Shown: positions 12,013 through 27,296, counted from the first letter of the stretch. The stretch is 64,000 nucleotides of DNA from Eledone cirrhosa (GCA_964016885.1 OZ024764.1:6510001-6574000); one strand, 5' to 3'. A program made the numbers and translations. The notes: generated by a model from the letters alone, not told the origin.

Positions 12013-13185
12013 CTGAAAATACAATAGTATATATAGTGTAATGTAAATGTTATGTGAGATATTATGTGAGGTAAAGCTTTTACTGTGAAAATACAATAGT
12101 ATATATAGAGTAATGTAAATGTTATGTGAGATATTATGTGAGGTAAAGCCTTTACTGTGAAAATACAATAGTATATATAGAGTAATGTAAATGTTATGTG
12201 AGATATTATGTGAGGTAAAGCCTTTACTGTGAAAATACAATAGTATATATAGAGTAATGTAAATGTTATGTGAGATATTATGTGAGGTAAAGCCTTTACT
12301 GTGAAAATACAATAGTATATATAGAGTAATGTAAATGTTATGTGAGATATTATGTGAGGTAAAGCCTTTACTGTGAAAATACAATAGTATATATAGAGTA
12401 ATGTAAATGTTATGTGAGATATTATGTGAGGTAAAGCCTTTACTGTGAAAATACAATAGTATATATAGAGTAATGTAAATGTTATGTGAGATATTATGTG
12501 AGGTAAAGCCTTTACTGTGAAAATACAATAGTATATATAGAGTAATGTAAATGTTATGTGAGATATTATGTGAGGTAAAGCCTTTACTGTGAAAATACAA
12601 TAGTATATATAGAGTAATGTAAATGTTATGTGAGATATTATGTGAGGTAAAGCCTTTACTGTGAAAATACAATAGTATATATAGAGTAATGTAAATGTTA
12701 TGTGAGATATTATGTGAGGTAAAGCCTTTACTGTGAAAATACAATAGTATATATAGAGTAATGTAAATGTTATGTGAGATATTATGTGAGGTAAAGCCTT
12801 TACTGTGAAAATACAATAGTATATATAGAGTAATGTAAATGTTATGTGAGATATTATGTGAGGTAAAGCCTTTACTGTGAAAATACAATAGTATATATAG
12901 AGTAATGTAAATGTTATGTGAGATATTATGTGAGGTAAAGCCTTTACTGTGACAATACAATAGTATATATAGAGTAACGTAAATGTTATGTGGGATATTA
13001 TGTGAGGTAAAACCTTTATTGTGATCATATAATAGTATATATAGAGTAATGTAAATGTTATGTGGGATATTATGTGAGGTAAAACCTTTATTGTGATCAT
13101 ATAATAGTATATATAGAGTAATGTAAATGTTATGTGGGATATTATGTGAGGTAAAACCTTTATTGTGATCATATAATAGTATATA
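12013..13185 (-). repeat. 60-bp satellite array, inverted relative to the arrays at 38-43 kb and 58-59 kb
   Basis: Reverse complement of TTTACATTACTCTATATATACTATTGTATTKTCACAGTAAAGGCTTTACCTCACATAATATCTCACATAACA-type units. Confidence 0.97.
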
Positions 13186-13560
13186 TCATCATCAGTCCCT
13201 AGATTCCTGTAGTTGTCAGTGGGATCCTACTGTAGAAGCAGTACTCACTCAAATTAGTCTGTCAGCAAATCTGGTGTCGTCATTTGTGCCCATTCTTTGA
13301 CATTGTCCAACCAGTTTTAGCGTTGGTGTCCCCGTCTGCTTCACATGATGGTCTTACACAGGGCGTCATGTCGTGTGATGGGGCCAAACCATGCTAGTTT
13401 CCTCTTCTTGACAGTGGTGAGGACAGGTTCCTGGTGACCCACAAGACTTTCAACCTTACTCCTCACACACAGTTATGTAAATGCTAAAGGGTTAAACACC
13501 CCAGAAGTTCCCTGTATTGGTGTGACCCCTACAGTTTTTTGTTTCATTTTCTATTTCCAG

Positions 13561-13627
13561 CCTTAGAAAGTGCACAAGCTGAGGTGTTAGAATTGAAATC
13601 TAAATACCATGAAGTGGAGAAAACTAA
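13561..13627 (+). CDS. cut: cut exon C: ALESAQAEVLELKSKYHEVEKT(K)
   Basis: ttccag| and |gtaagt; phase 1 to 2. Resembles CUX1 ALEKTRTELFDLKTKYDEE. Not in the ORF track. Confidence 0.9.
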
Positions 13628-13674
13628 GTAAGTGGTCCCTTGCTATAGCTGTGTGGCCTCCTGTTGTGTGGTCA

Positions 13675-14900
13675 CCACTACATCACTACACCACTACACC
13701 ACCACTACTACATAACACCACCACCACTACACCATCACTACTACATAACACCACTACACCACCACTACTACATAACACCACCACCACTACTACATAACAC
13801 CACTACACCACCACTACTACATAACACCACCACCACTACACCACCACTACTACATAACACCACCACCACTACTACATAACACCACCACCACTACACCATC
13901 ACTACTACATAACACCACTACACCACCACTACTACATAACACCACCACCACTACTACATAACACCACTACACCACCACTACTACATAACACCACCACCAC
14001 TACACCACCACCACTACTACATAACACCACTACACCACCACTACTACATAACACCACTACACCACCACCACTACTACATAACACCACCACCACTACTACA
14101 TAACACCACCACCACTACACCACCACCACTACTACATAACACCACCACCACTACACCATCACCACTACTACATAACACCACTACACCACCACCACTACTA
14201 CATAACACCACCACCACTACTACATAACACCACTACACCACCACCACTACACCATCACCACTACTACATAACACCACTACACCACCACCACTACACCACC
14301 ACCACTACTACATAACACCACTACACAACCACCACTACTACATAACACCACTACACCACCACAACTACATAACACCACTACACCACCACACCACCACTAC
14401 TACTACATAACACCACTACACCACCACCACTACTACATAACACCACTACACCACCACTACTACATAACACCACTACACCACCACACCACCACTACTACAT
14501 AACACCACTACACCACCACACCACCACTACTACATAACACCACTACACCACCACCACTACTACATAGCACCACTACACCACCACGACTACATAACACCAC
14601 TACACCACCACACCACCACTACTACTACATAACACCACTACACCACCACCACTACTACATAACACCACTACACCACCACCACTACTACATAACACCACTA
14701 CACCACCACCACTACTACATAACACCACTACACCACCACGACTACATAACACCACTACACCACCACCACCACCACTACTACATAACACCACCACCACTAC
14801 CAACACCACCACCCACCACCACCACCAACAACACCACTACCACCAACACCACCACCACCCCAACAACACCACCAACACTACCACCACCACCAACACCACC
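13675..14900. repeat. CAC/TAC-rich compound minisatellite (CTACTACATAACACCAC core)
   Basis: Directly visible. Confidence 0.9.
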
Positions 14901-15499
14901 CCCAAACAGAATATAGGTTAGAGTAAACTCTGACCTACATTCTTCATCTTGTACTTTCTGACAGTGAGGGGTGGGTGGTGGGGGTAGGGGTGGTGGTGGG
15001 GATGATGATGGAAGAGGGGGGTGCTATGGGTTGTGGTGGTTGTGAGGGTGACAGTGGTGGTGGTAGGGGTGGTGGTAGCAATGATGACGCTAGTGGGGAG
15101 AAGGTGGTGGTGGTGGTAGCATATTTATTAAATTGGTATTTTCTATTTTCCCATCATCAGCATCTTTATCACTACTACCACCACCACCACCACCACCACC
15201 ACTATTACCACCACCACTACTACATAACACCACTACACCACCACCACTACTACCACCACCACCGCCACCACTACCACCACCACCGCCACCACTATTACCA
15301 CCACCACTACTACATAACACCACTACACCACCACCACCACCACTACTACCACCACCACCGCCACCACTACCACCACCACCACTACTACATAACACCACTA
15401 CACCACCACTACTACCACCACCACCGCCACCACTATTACCACCACCACCACCACCACTACTACTACTACTACCACCATCACCTCCACCACTACTACTAA

Positions 15500-15668
15500 A
15501 ATATTTGTTTCTACTTTAGGCACAAGGCCAGCAATTACACCAGTCTATTACTGGTACTTTATTTTATCGACCCCGTAAGGATGAAAGGCAAAGTTAACCT
15601 CGGCGGGATTTGAACTCAGACCATAAAGGGCCGTAACTCTGCTGCAAAGTATGGTGTCTGACCCTCTA
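15500..15668 (-). mobile_element. SINE family 2 (other copies at ~22620-22815 +, 26780-26975 +, 33594-33722 -, 46334-46460 +, 54740-54865 +, 61390-61480 -)
   Basis: B-box GAGTTCAAATCC followed by shared GCCTTTCATCCTTACGGGGTCGATAAAATAAAGTACCAG. Confidence 0.8.
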
Positions 15669-15941
15669 CATAAAATTATGATGGAAGGTTTTTAGATAAA
15701 TATAAACACTTTAACCCTTTCATTACCATATTTCTAATGGAAGACACTGTTGGTGTTTGGAACATAACTTAACAAAGGTTCTTACATAAAATTATGATGC
15801 AAGGTTTTTAAATAAATATAACCACTTTAACCTTTTCATTACCATATTTCTAATGAAAGACACTGTTGGTGTTTGGAACATAACTTAACAAAGGTTCTTA
15901 CATAAATACTTTAACCCTTTCATTACCATATTTCTAATGAA

Positions 15942-18900
15942 AGACACCTACATGACCACTTTACAGTGTGGACTGGGTACTTTTTGTTGTGACACCTACA
16001 TGACCACTTTACAGTGTGGACTGGGTGCTTTTTGTTGTGACACCTACATGACCACTTTACAGTGTGGACTGGGTGCTTTTTGTCATGACACTTACATGAC
16101 CACTTTACAGTGTGGACTGGGTACTTTTTGTTGTGTCACCTACACGACCACTTTACAGTGTGGACTGGGAGTCTTTTTGTCATGACACTTACATGACCAC
16201 TTTACAGTGTGGACTGGGTACTTTTTGTTGTGACACCTACATGACCTCTTTACAGAGTGGACTGGGTGCTTTTTGTTGTGACACCTACATGACCACTTTA
16301 CAGTGTGGACTGGGTACTTTTTGTTGTGTCACCTACATGACCACTTTACAGTGTGGACTGGGTCCTTTTTGTCATCACACTTACATGACCACTTTACAGT
16401 GTGGACTGGGTACCTTTTGTTGTGACACCTACATGACCACTTTACAGTGTGGACTGGGTCCTTTTTGTCATGACACTTACATGACCACTTTACAGTGTGG
16501 ACTGGGTACTTTTTGTTGTGACACTTACATGACCACTTTACAGTGTGGACTGGGTACTTTTTGTCATGACACTTACATGACCACTTTACAGTGTGGACTG
16601 TGTCCTTTTTTGTCATAACACTTATATGACCACTTTACAGTGTGGACTGGGTCCTTTTTGTCATGACACTTATATGACCACTTTACAGTGTGGACTGGGT
16701 ACCTTTTGTTGTGTCACCTACATGACCACTTTACAGTGTGGACTGGGTACCTTTTGTTGTGACACCTACATGACCACTTTACAGTGTGGACTGGGTACCT
16801 TTTGTTGTGACACCTACATGACCACTTTACAGTGTGGACTGGGTACCTTTTGTTGTGACACCTACATGACCACTTTACAGTGTGGACTGGGTACCTTTTG
16901 TTGTGACACCAACATGACCACTTTACAGTGTGGACTGGGTACCTTTTGTGGTGACACGTACATGACCACTTTACAGTGTGGACTGGGTACCTTTTATTGT
17001 GACACCTACATGACCACTTTACAGTGTGAACTGGGTGGTTTTTGTTGTGTCACCTACATGACCACTTTACAGTGTGGACTGGGTACCTTTTGTTGTGACA
17101 CCTACATGACCACTTTACAGTGTGGACTGGGTACTTTTTGTTGTGACACCTACATGACCACTTTACAGTGTGGACTGGGTACTTTTTGTTGTGACACCTA
17201 CATGACCACTTTACAGTGTGGACTGGGTACTTTTTGTTGTGAAACCTACATGACCACTTTACAGTGTGGACTGGGTGTTGTTTGTTGTGTCACCTACATG
17301 ACCACTTTACAGTGTGGACTGGGTACTTTTTGTTGTGACACCTACATGACCACTTTACAGTGTGGACTGGGTACCTTTTGTTGTGACACCTACATGACCA
17401 CTTTACAGTGTGGACTGGGTACCTTTTGTTGTGACACCTACATGACCACTTTACAGTGTGGACTGGGTACCTTTTGTTGTGACACCTACATGACCACTTT
17501 ACAGTGAGGACTGGGTACTTTTTGTTGTGTCACCTACATGACCACTTTACAGTGTGGACTGGGTACTTTTTGTTGTGACACTTACATGACCACTTTACAG
17601 TGTGGACTGGGTACTTTTTGTCATGACACTTACATGACCACTTTACAGTGTGGACTGGGTCCTTTTTGTCATGACACTTATATGACCACTTTACAGTGTG
17701 GACTGGGTCCTTTTTGTCATGACACTTATATGACCACTTTACAGTGTGGACTGGGTACCTTTTGTTGTGACACCTACATGACCACTTTACAGTGTGGACT
17801 GGGTCCTTTTTGTCATGACACTTACATGACCACTTTACAGTGTGGACTGGGTACTTTTTGTTGTGACACTTACATGACCACTTTACAGTGTGGACTGGGT
17901 ACTTTTTGTCATGACACTTACATGACCACTTTACAGTGTGGACTGGGTCCTTTTTTGTCATGACACTTATATGACCACTTTACAGTGTGGACCGGGTCCT
18001 TTTTGTCATGACACTTATATGACCACTTTACAGTGTGGACTGGGTACCTTTTGTTGTGTCACCTACATGACCACTTTACAGTGTGGACTGGGTACCTTTT
18101 GTTGTGACACCTACATGACCACTTTACAGTGTGGACTGGGTACCTTTTGTTGTGACACCTACATGACCACTTTACAGTGTGGACTGGGTACCTTTTGTTG
18201 TGACACCTACATGACCACTTTACAGTGTGGACTGGGTACCTTTTGTTGTGACACCAACATGACCACTTTACAGTGTGGACTGGGTACCTTTTGTTGTGAC
18301 ACCTACATGACCACTTTACAGTGTGGACTGGGTACCTTTTATTGTGACACCTACATGACCACTTTACAATGTGAACTGGGTGGTTTTTGTTGTGTCACCT
18401 ACATGACCACTTTACAGTGTGGACTGGGTACCTTTTGTTGTGACACCTACATGACCACTTTACAGTGTGGACTGGGTACTTTTTGTTGTGACACCTACAT
18501 GACCACTTTACAGTGTGGACTGGGTACTTTTTGTTGTGACACCTACATGACCACTTTACAGTGTGGACTGGGTACTTTTTGTTGTGACACCTACATGACC
18601 ACTTTACAGTGTGGACTGGGTGTTGTTTGTTGTGTCACCTACATGACCACTTTACAGTGTGGACTGGGTACTTTTTGTTGTGATACCTACATGACCACTT
18701 TACAGTGTGGACTGGGTACTTTTTGTTGTGACACCTACATGACCACTTTACAGTGTAGACTGGGTACTTTTTGTTGTGACACCTACATGACCACTTTACA
18801 GTGTGGACTGGGTACTTTTTGTTGTGACACCTACATGACCAATTTACAGTGTAGACTGGGTACCTTTTGTTGTGACACCTACATGACCACTTTACAGTGT

Positions 18901-19727
18901 GGACTGGGTACTTTTTGTTGTGACACCTACATGACCACTTTACAGTGTGGACTGGCTACTTTTTGTTGTGACACCTACATGACCACTTTACAGTGTGGAC
19001 TGGGTACTTTTTGTTGTGACACCTACATGACCACTTTACAGTGTGGACTGGGTGTTGTTTGTTGTGTCACCTACATGACCACTTTACAGTGTGGACTGGG
19101 TACTTTTTGTTGTGACACCTACATGACCAATTTACAGTGTAGACTGGGTACCTTTTGTTGTGACACCTACATGACCACTTTACAGTGTGGACTGGGTACT
19201 TTTTGTTGTGACACCTACATGACCACTTTACAGTGTGGACTGGCTACTTTTTGTTGTGACACCTACATGACCACTTTACAGTGTGGACTGGGTACTTTTT
19301 GTTGTGACACCTACATGACCACTTTACAGTGTGGACTGGGTGTTGTTTGTTGTGTCACCTACATGACCACTTTACAGTGTGGACTGGGTACTTTTTGTTG
19401 TGACACCTACATGACCAATTTACAGTGTAGACTGGGTACCTTTTGTTGTGACACCTACATGACCACTTTACAGTGTGGACTGGGTACTTTTTGTTGTGAC
19501 ACCTACATGACCACTTTACAGTGTGGACTGGCTACTTTTTGTTGTGACACCTACATGACCACTTTACAGTGTGGACTGGGTACTTTTTGTTGTGACACCT
19601 ACATGACCACTTTACAGTGTGGACTGGGTGTTGTTTGTTGTGTCACCTACATGACCACTTTACAGTGTGGACTGGGTACTTTTTGTTGTGACACCTACAT
19701 GACCACTTTACAGTGTAGACTGGGTAA
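15942..19727. repeat. 48-bp minisatellite (about 79 copies) with higher-order structure
   Basis: Unit GACACCTACATGACCACTTTACAGTGTGGACTGGGTACTTTTTGTTGT. Confidence 0.97.
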
Positions 19728-20010
19728 GTTGAATATCTGATAGAAGGGTTAAGAAAGTAGAGAGTTATTTGAGGGAGATTTGGTTGCTATTCCTTCCAGA
19801 TTTGGCAACCACCTGGTGGTGGTGGTGTTGTTTGTATGTTCATCCACTTGAGCTGGTCTCACTGGACCATTTCAGCAAGGTGAAAGGTCACTGTAACTAT
19901 TTTGGTGTGTCAGATGTGGATGGCTTTGATAAATGTCTTTTGTTTGAAAATAGACAACATCACACCTGGGTTAGCATTCAAGTGATTATCTTGTGGGGGT
20001 GGGGGGCTAA

Positions 20011-20050
<40 letters not shown>

Positions 20051-20053
20051 TAT

Positions 20054-20096
<43 letters not shown>

Positions 20097-20100
20097 CACA

Positions 20101-20610
20101 TAAATATAAACACTTTAACCCTTTCATTACCATATTTCTAATGAAAGACACTGTTGGTGTTTGGAACATAACTTAACAAAGGTTCTTACATAAAATTATG
20201 ATGGAAGGTTTTTAGATAAATATAAACACTTTAACCCTTTCATTACCATATTTCTAATGGAAGACACTGTTGTTGTTTGGAACATAACTTAACAAAGGTT
20301 CTTACATAAAATTATGATGGAAGGTTTTTAGATAAATATAAACACTTTAACCCTTTCATTACCATATTTCTAATGAAAGACACTGTTGGTGTTTGGAACA
20401 TAACTTAACAAAGGTTCTTACATAAAATTATGATGGAATGTTTTTAGATAAATATAAACACTTTAACCCTTTCATTACCATATTTCTAATGAAAGACACT
20501 GTTGGTGTTTGGAACATAACTTAACAAAGGTTCTTACATAAAATTATGATGGAAGGTTTTTAGATAAATATAAACACTTTAACCCTTACATTACCATATT
20601 TCTAAAGACA
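20101..20610. repeat. ~118-bp tandem repeat (also at 15669-15945)
   Basis: TAAATATAAACACTTTAACCCTTTCATTACCATATTTCTAATGAAAGACACTGTTGG... repeated about 4 times. Confidence 0.9.
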
Positions 20611-21028
20611 CTGGCCCCTATGGTTTTCAAATAAGTTTGGAGGGATTTAGTAATATAACTAACTTTCTCATTATCAAGTTGGTGTTTAGAACATAAAAAG
20701 ATTATGATGATGGGGTGTCAATGGTATTAATGGTAGTGGTGGTGGGGTGGGGAGAAGGCAGTGTGGTGGGGTGGGGAGAAGGCAGTGGGGTGGGGTGGGG
20801 GTGAGGTGGGGATGTTGGTGTAAATAAAATTAGAAAAAAAAGACGCTTTTCTTTTATTCAATTGTGAACAAATTTACTGACTAAAAATAACTGAAAGTGG
20901 TGGTGGTGGGGAGTAGTGAGACGGGGAGGGGGGGGCAGTGAAGAATTTAAGTCATTCCATTGGTCACAGTTACCAAGACACAATTGTGTAACCTACTTAT
21001 GTATTGTCTGTTGCTTCCCTCATCAACA

Positions 21029-21097
<69 letters not shown>

Positions 21098-21392
21098 GCA
21101 TACATATATATATACACATACATATATATATATATACACATACATATATATATATATACACATACATATATATATATATACACATACATATATATATATA
21201 CACATACATATATATATATACACATACATATATATATATACACACATACATATATATATATACACATACATATATATATATATATACACATACATATATA
21301 TATATATACACAAACACACACACACACACATACATATATATATATACATGGAGAGTGATAGAGAGATCTGTACATATAGATACATGTATAGA

Positions 21393-21489
<97 letters not shown>

Positions 21490-21591
21490 GAGAGATCTGT
21501 ATATATAGGTATATAGATGTGTGTGTGTGTATATATATATATATATAGAGAGAGAGAGATATGTATATATAGGTATATAGATATGTGTGTG

Positions 21592-21623
<32 letters not shown>

Positions 21624-21645
21624 TATGTATATATAGGTATATAGA

Positions 21646-21699
<54 letters not shown>

Positions 21700-22025
21700 T
21701 ATGTATATATAGGTATATAGATGTGTGTGTATATATATATATATATATCCTACCCATGCTAGCATGGCAGATGGATGTTAAACAATGATGATGATATATA
21801 TGTGTATATATATATATATATATACATACATACATACATACATGCTAACATAAAAGTGGACGTTAAAAGATGATGTTTGTGTGTATGTATGTATGTATGT
21901 ATATATATATATATGTATGCATATATATATATATGAATGTATATATATACATACATATATATATATTTACATACATATATATATATAGACATACATATAT
22001 ATATGATAAAAAAATACATATATAT

Positions 22026-22056
<31 letters not shown>

Positions 22057-22123
22057 CATATATACATACATATATATACATACATACATACATACATGCA
22101 TACATATATATGCATACATATAT

Positions 22124-22168
<45 letters not shown>

Positions 22169-22389
22169 AACAAACACACATCATCTTTTAACATCCACTT
22201 TTTATGTTTGTATGTATGTATGTATGTATATATATATATATACACATATATATCATCATCATTGTTTAACATCCATCTGCCATGCTAGCATGGGTAGGAT
22301 ATATGTATATATATATATGTATGTATATATGTATATATGTATGTATGTATGTATGTATATGTATGTATGTATATGTATATATATATATG

Positions 22390-22422
<33 letters not shown>

Positions 22423-22817
22423 ATGTATGTATGTATATGTATGTATATGTATATATATATATGTATGTATGTATATATATGTATGTATATGTATATATAT
22501 GTATGTATGTATATATATATATATATATGTATGTATATATATATATATATATGTATGTATATATATATATATGTATGTATGTATATATATATATATATAT
22601 ATGTATGTATATATATATAAGCCGGTAGAGTGTCAATGAAAATACCTTGCTGTATTCACTCCAGCCCTTTACAATCTGAGTTCAAATCCCGCCAAGGTTA
22701 GCTTTACCTTTCATCCTTACTGGGTCAATAAAATAAAGTACCAGTAATGTAGTGGGGTTGATTTAATCAACTTTCCTCTCCCCTAAATTGTTGGCCTTGT
22801 GCCTATATTAGAAACAA

Positions 22818-22840
22818 ATACAGTATATGCCAGTGTACAA

Positions 22841-22919
<79 letters not shown>

Positions 22920-22937
22920 GTATATGCCAGTGTACAA

Positions 22938-22979
<42 letters not shown>

Positions 22980-22996
22980 TATATGCCAGTGTACAA

Positions 22997-23056
<60 letters not shown>

Positions 23057-23122
23057 TATATGCCAGTGTACAAGTCTATATATATATATATATATATATA
23101 TACAGTATATGCCAGTGTACAA

Positions 23123-23196
<74 letters not shown>

Positions 23197-23213
23197 TATA
23201 TGCCAGTGTACAA

Positions 23214-23251
<38 letters not shown>

Positions 23252-23268
23252 TATATGCCAGTGTACAA

Positions 23269-23346
<78 letters not shown>

Positions 23347-23690
23347 TATATGCCAGTGTACAAGTCTATATATATATATATACTTTAATATAGATTGCAT
23401 TTTTGTTTTTAAAATCCAAATTCAATAAACAAACCAGGATTTTTTCATTCTGAGGATTGAAAGCAAAGTTTTTTGCTTTTAAGAAACCACTGGTGGATGG
23501 AATGGTTGCCTTATGTTGTTTATTACATAATAATAATAATTAAGCTCTGTTGCCTACATAGAGCACTCTCTTTTCCTGGACTTTTCCGATGGAATTACTT
23601 CATTCACACATATATATATATATACACAGTATATGCCAGTGTACAAGTCTATATATATATATATACACAGTATATGCCAGTGTACAAGTC
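22818..23690. repeat. invariant 25-mer ACAGTATATGCCAGTGTACAAGTCT separated by variable (AT)n
   Basis: About 11 copies; the array is interrupted at ~23385-23600. Confidence 0.92.
23443..23502 (+). ncRNA. hammerhead motif (family F-like), cleavage triplet mutated to GUG
   Basis: UUUCAUU-CUGAGGA-UUGAAAGCAAAG/UUUUGCUUUUAA-GAAA-CCA(C)UGG-UG-GAUGGAA. Confidence 0.6.
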
Positions 23691-24504
23691 AACATTTGGA
23701 GCCTAAAAATATCTCTGCAAAACCAGGGGTTAATTTGTCCGTGAACCTTTACCACTGAGAGGTAAACAGTGAAACTGCCTGCCTAACTCTCGTACACCAC
23801 TTACCATAACTAGCAGCCCAGGAGCCTAAAAATACCTCTCCAAAACCTGGGGTCAGCTTGTCCACCAAATATAAAATGTGGACCTTTACCACTGAGGGGT
23901 AAACAGTGAAACTGCCTGCCTAACACTCGCTGTACACCACTTACCATAACTCTAGCAACCCACCACAATTATTTCTACTGAATCTCATATTTTTTAATGA
24001 CTTGCTGTAGCTTATAGGGCAGGTTACCATAGGATAGGTTACCATGGGTTAGGATACCTTAGGGTAGGTTACCATAGTGTAGGTTACTGTAGGGTAGGTT
24101 ACCATACGTTAGGTTACTATAGGGTAGGTTACCGTAGGGTAGGTTACCCTAGGATAGGTTACTGTAGGTTAGGTTACCATACTGTAGGTTACCATAGGTT
24201 TGTTAAGGCTAGGCTGGTTTACTCAGTGAGTTAGAACTCACTTGCGACAAGAGATTTAGAAGAAGTGTCTTAGTCTTTAGTGTGGCATTAAATTTTTTTT
24301 ATTGTTTCCCCTGCAATTACCTTATTTTGGGGGTCGTCTTATCTGTCGAATATAGCCCTAAACTTTAATTACACCTCAGAATTTTAGGGGTCAACTTATG
24401 TGTCAGATAGACTTGTACACCAGCATATACAGTATTATTGGTGTTGTTGACCTTTTCAAATGATGTGTGATCCCTAAACAATTCTTGTGTTCCCTATTTT
24501 TCAG

Positions 24505-24553
24505 AAGTGATGAGATGGAGAAAGTAATGGAAGATTTACAATGTGCTAAAGAG
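24505..24553 (+). CDS. cut: cut exon D: SDEMEKVMEDLQCAKE
   Basis: tttcag| and |gtaaga; phase 2 to 0. Resembles CUX1 ADEIEMIMTDLERANQ. Confidence 0.88.
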
Positions 24554-25127
24554 GTAAGAAACATCACACCACAACACAACACAACACACACCACACCACA
24601 CTAAACCACAACACCACACCACACTACAACACCACACCACACCACACCCCACCATACCACATCACAACACACCACACCACACTACACTACAACACAACAT
24701 AACACACACCACACTACACCACAACACACACCACACTACAACACAACATAACACACACCACACCACACTACACCACAACACAACACACACCACACTACAC
24801 CACAACACAACACACACCACACCACACTACACCACACTGCACCACACTGCACTACACCACACTGCACTGCACCATACCACACCACACCACAACACACTGC
24901 ACTACACCACACCACACCACACCACACCATACCACACCACACTACACCATACCACACCACACTACACCACACCACACCACACCACACCACACCACACCAC
25001 ACCACACAACACAACACATATATATACACACACATACATCTACACAGTTTATATATATATATATATATACACACAGAATGTTTACCTTGCTCTGTTCACT
25101 GTTCACTGTTCACTGTGTTGTTTCCAG

Positions 25128-25298
25128 CATAGGGAAACGTCTGACCGTGAAGTTGAACGTCTGCGGCAACAGCTAGCATCAGCAACCCAGAACTTACGCC
25201 AGGTGGAACAGATGGAGAAAGCCACAGATATGGAGCAGGCTTTGGACATATTGAAACAGTCACGACTGGAGTTGGAGCTAGCAGCCAAAGACAAAGAG
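25128..25298 (+). CDS. cut: cut exon E: HRETSDREVERLRQQLASATQNLRQVEQMEKATDMEQALDILKQSRLELELAAKDKE
   Basis: ttccag| and |gtagga; 171 nt, phase 0 to 0. Resembles CUX1 [30 protein letters not shown]. Confidence 0.94.
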
Positions 25299-25341
25299 GT
25301 AGGACTCAAGTTTATAGCGCTGTTTCTTCTAAGAAACCACA

Positions 25342-26075
25342 TTCAGCTGCTTGTATTCCCCATCTCTCGTAGAAGTAACAGCTCTACCTGGACTGACTCT
25401 CAGATCTCCGAGCTATGCACTCGTATCAAGTAACATTACTCCAAAGACCCTTCAGAAGAATCCCATTTCAGCTGCTTGTATTCCCCATGTCTCGTAGAAG
25501 TAACAGCTCTACCTGGACTGACTCTCAGATTTCCGGGCTACGCACTCGTATCAAGTAACATTACTCCAAAGACCCTTCAGAAGAATCCCATTTCAGCTGC
25601 TTGTATTCCCCATCTCTCGTAGAAGTAACAGCTCTACCTGGACTGACTCTCAGATCTCCGAGCTACGCACTCGTATCAAGTAACATTACTCCAAAGACCC
25701 TTCAGAAGAATCCCATTTCAGCTGCTTGTATTCCCCATCCCTCGTAGAAGTAACAGCTCTACCTGGACTGACTCTCAGATCTCCGAGCTACGCACTCGTA
25801 TCAAGTAACATTACTCCAAAGACCCTTCAGAAGAATCCCATTTCAGCTGCTTCTATTCCCCATCCCTCGTAGAAGTAACAGCTCTACCTGGACTGACTCT
25901 CAGATCTCCGAGCTACGCACTCGTATCAAGTAACATTTCTCCAAAGACCCTTCAGAAGAATCCCATTTCAGCTGCTTCTATTCCCCATCTCTCGTAGAAG
26001 TAACAGCTCTACCTGGACTGACTCTCAGATCTCCGAGCTACGCACTCGTATCAAGTAACATTTCTCCAAAGACCT
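25342..26075. repeat. 125-bp tandem repeat (about 6 copies)
   Basis: Unit starts at 25342, 25467, 25592 and onward. Confidence 0.95.
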
Positions 26076-26217
26076 TATTTAATTCTTTCCATAACAATAC
26101 TACTGGAACCTTTTCAGATTAAACATTGTGTAAGGAATGAAACTTGTTGATACGAGTCTTGTTTTCTCCCTTGTAAATTTCTGTTTATATATCATCATCA
26201 TCATCATCATCATCATC

Positions 26218-26530
26218 ATTTTACGTCCGCTTTTCCCTGCTTGCAAGGGTGGGACGGGAACTGATTCTGGCTTGATTTCTACAGCTGGATGCCCTTCCTA
26301 ACACCAACCTCATTTACAGTGTGGGCTGGGTGCTTTTTTGCCGTGCACCTCCATGACCACTTTGCAGTGGAATGATAGGGACCCCAGTCTCTATCATCTC
26401 ATTTCTACACCTGAGTAAACTGGAGCAATGTGAAATAAAGTGTCTTGCTCAAGGAAACAACACATCACCCAGTCTGAGAATTGAACTGACAACCTTTCGA
26501 TTGCAAGGCCAATGCTCCAACCACTAAGCA
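26218..26530 (-). mobile_element. SINE family 1 copy
   Basis: Near-identical to 9848-10169. Confidence 0.85.
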
Positions 26531-26633
26531 AAGAAATAGTTAATTTGTTGGTTATTCAACAAATTTATCCAAACTGAACTTAAAACGATGAGTTCTTGTT
26601 TTGGATATGTCAATATTTATAAAACTACTTTTG

Positions 26634-26694
26634 TATTTTATCTGATGAGAGCGTACCAAAATTTTGGTACCCTTGAAATATATATAATAAAATA
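26634..26694 (+). ncRNA. type I hammerhead motif (family C)
   Basis: UAUUUUAU-CUGAUGA-GAGCGUACCAAAA/UUUUGGUACCCUU-GAAA-UAUAUA-UA-AUAAAAUA, with an 8-bp stem I. Confidence 0.75.
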
Positions 26695-27296
26695 AATATG
26701 GTTTTATAAATATAGTTTCCATTTATTAATATCATTGATATATATATATATATATATATATCATCATTATTTCCATTTAGCGGTGGATTGGCAGTATCAG
26801 TAGAGGGTCGGACGCCATGCTTTGCAGCAAAGAGTTACGGCCCTTTATGGTCTGAGTTCAAATCCCGCCAAGGTTAACTTTGCCTTTCATCCTTACGAGG
26901 TCGATGAAATAAAGTACCAGTAATGCACTGGGATAATTGCTGGCCCCTTGTGCCAAAAGTAGAAATAATTATTTCCATTTAGCCTCAATTCTTCCATGCT
27001 TGCATGGGTTGGATGGGTCGTCCATACCGGGAAGCAACTCTGGTCATGGTTGACCATGTGTCACACCTTGCTCCGGCGAGGACTGTAAATTTGACCAGGT
27101 ATTTTACTGCTGGATGCCCTTCCTAACACCAACCACATTTACAGTGTGGGACTGGATGGCTCTGTCATCTTTTGTGAGAGGGGTTCGGCCGCATGGAGCT
27201 CCTCTCACAAAAGAACCAATTTTGGAGCCTGACTCATCTTACAGCATAGCCATTGTTTGGGGATATGTATCATCTCTGTCTCTCCATGTCTTACAG

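Noticed and set aside
15937-19740. Cys-rich ORFs up to 600 aa (CCDTYMTTLQCGLGTF repeats) resembling a metallothionein or structural protein
   Set aside because: They are translations of a 48-bp intronic minisatellite matching a SINE tail, with frameshifts and a stop inside the array.
22818-23690. CRISPR-like pattern of an invariant 25-mer with variable spacers (similar at 29826-32480)
   Set aside because: The spacers are only (TA)n microsatellites, the context is a eukaryotic intron, and there are no cas genes.
24015-24200. GGTTA/TTAGG-rich tract resembling telomeric repeat
   Set aside because: It is a degenerate 20-bp minisatellite (GGGTAGGTTACCATAG core), not (TTAGGG)n.
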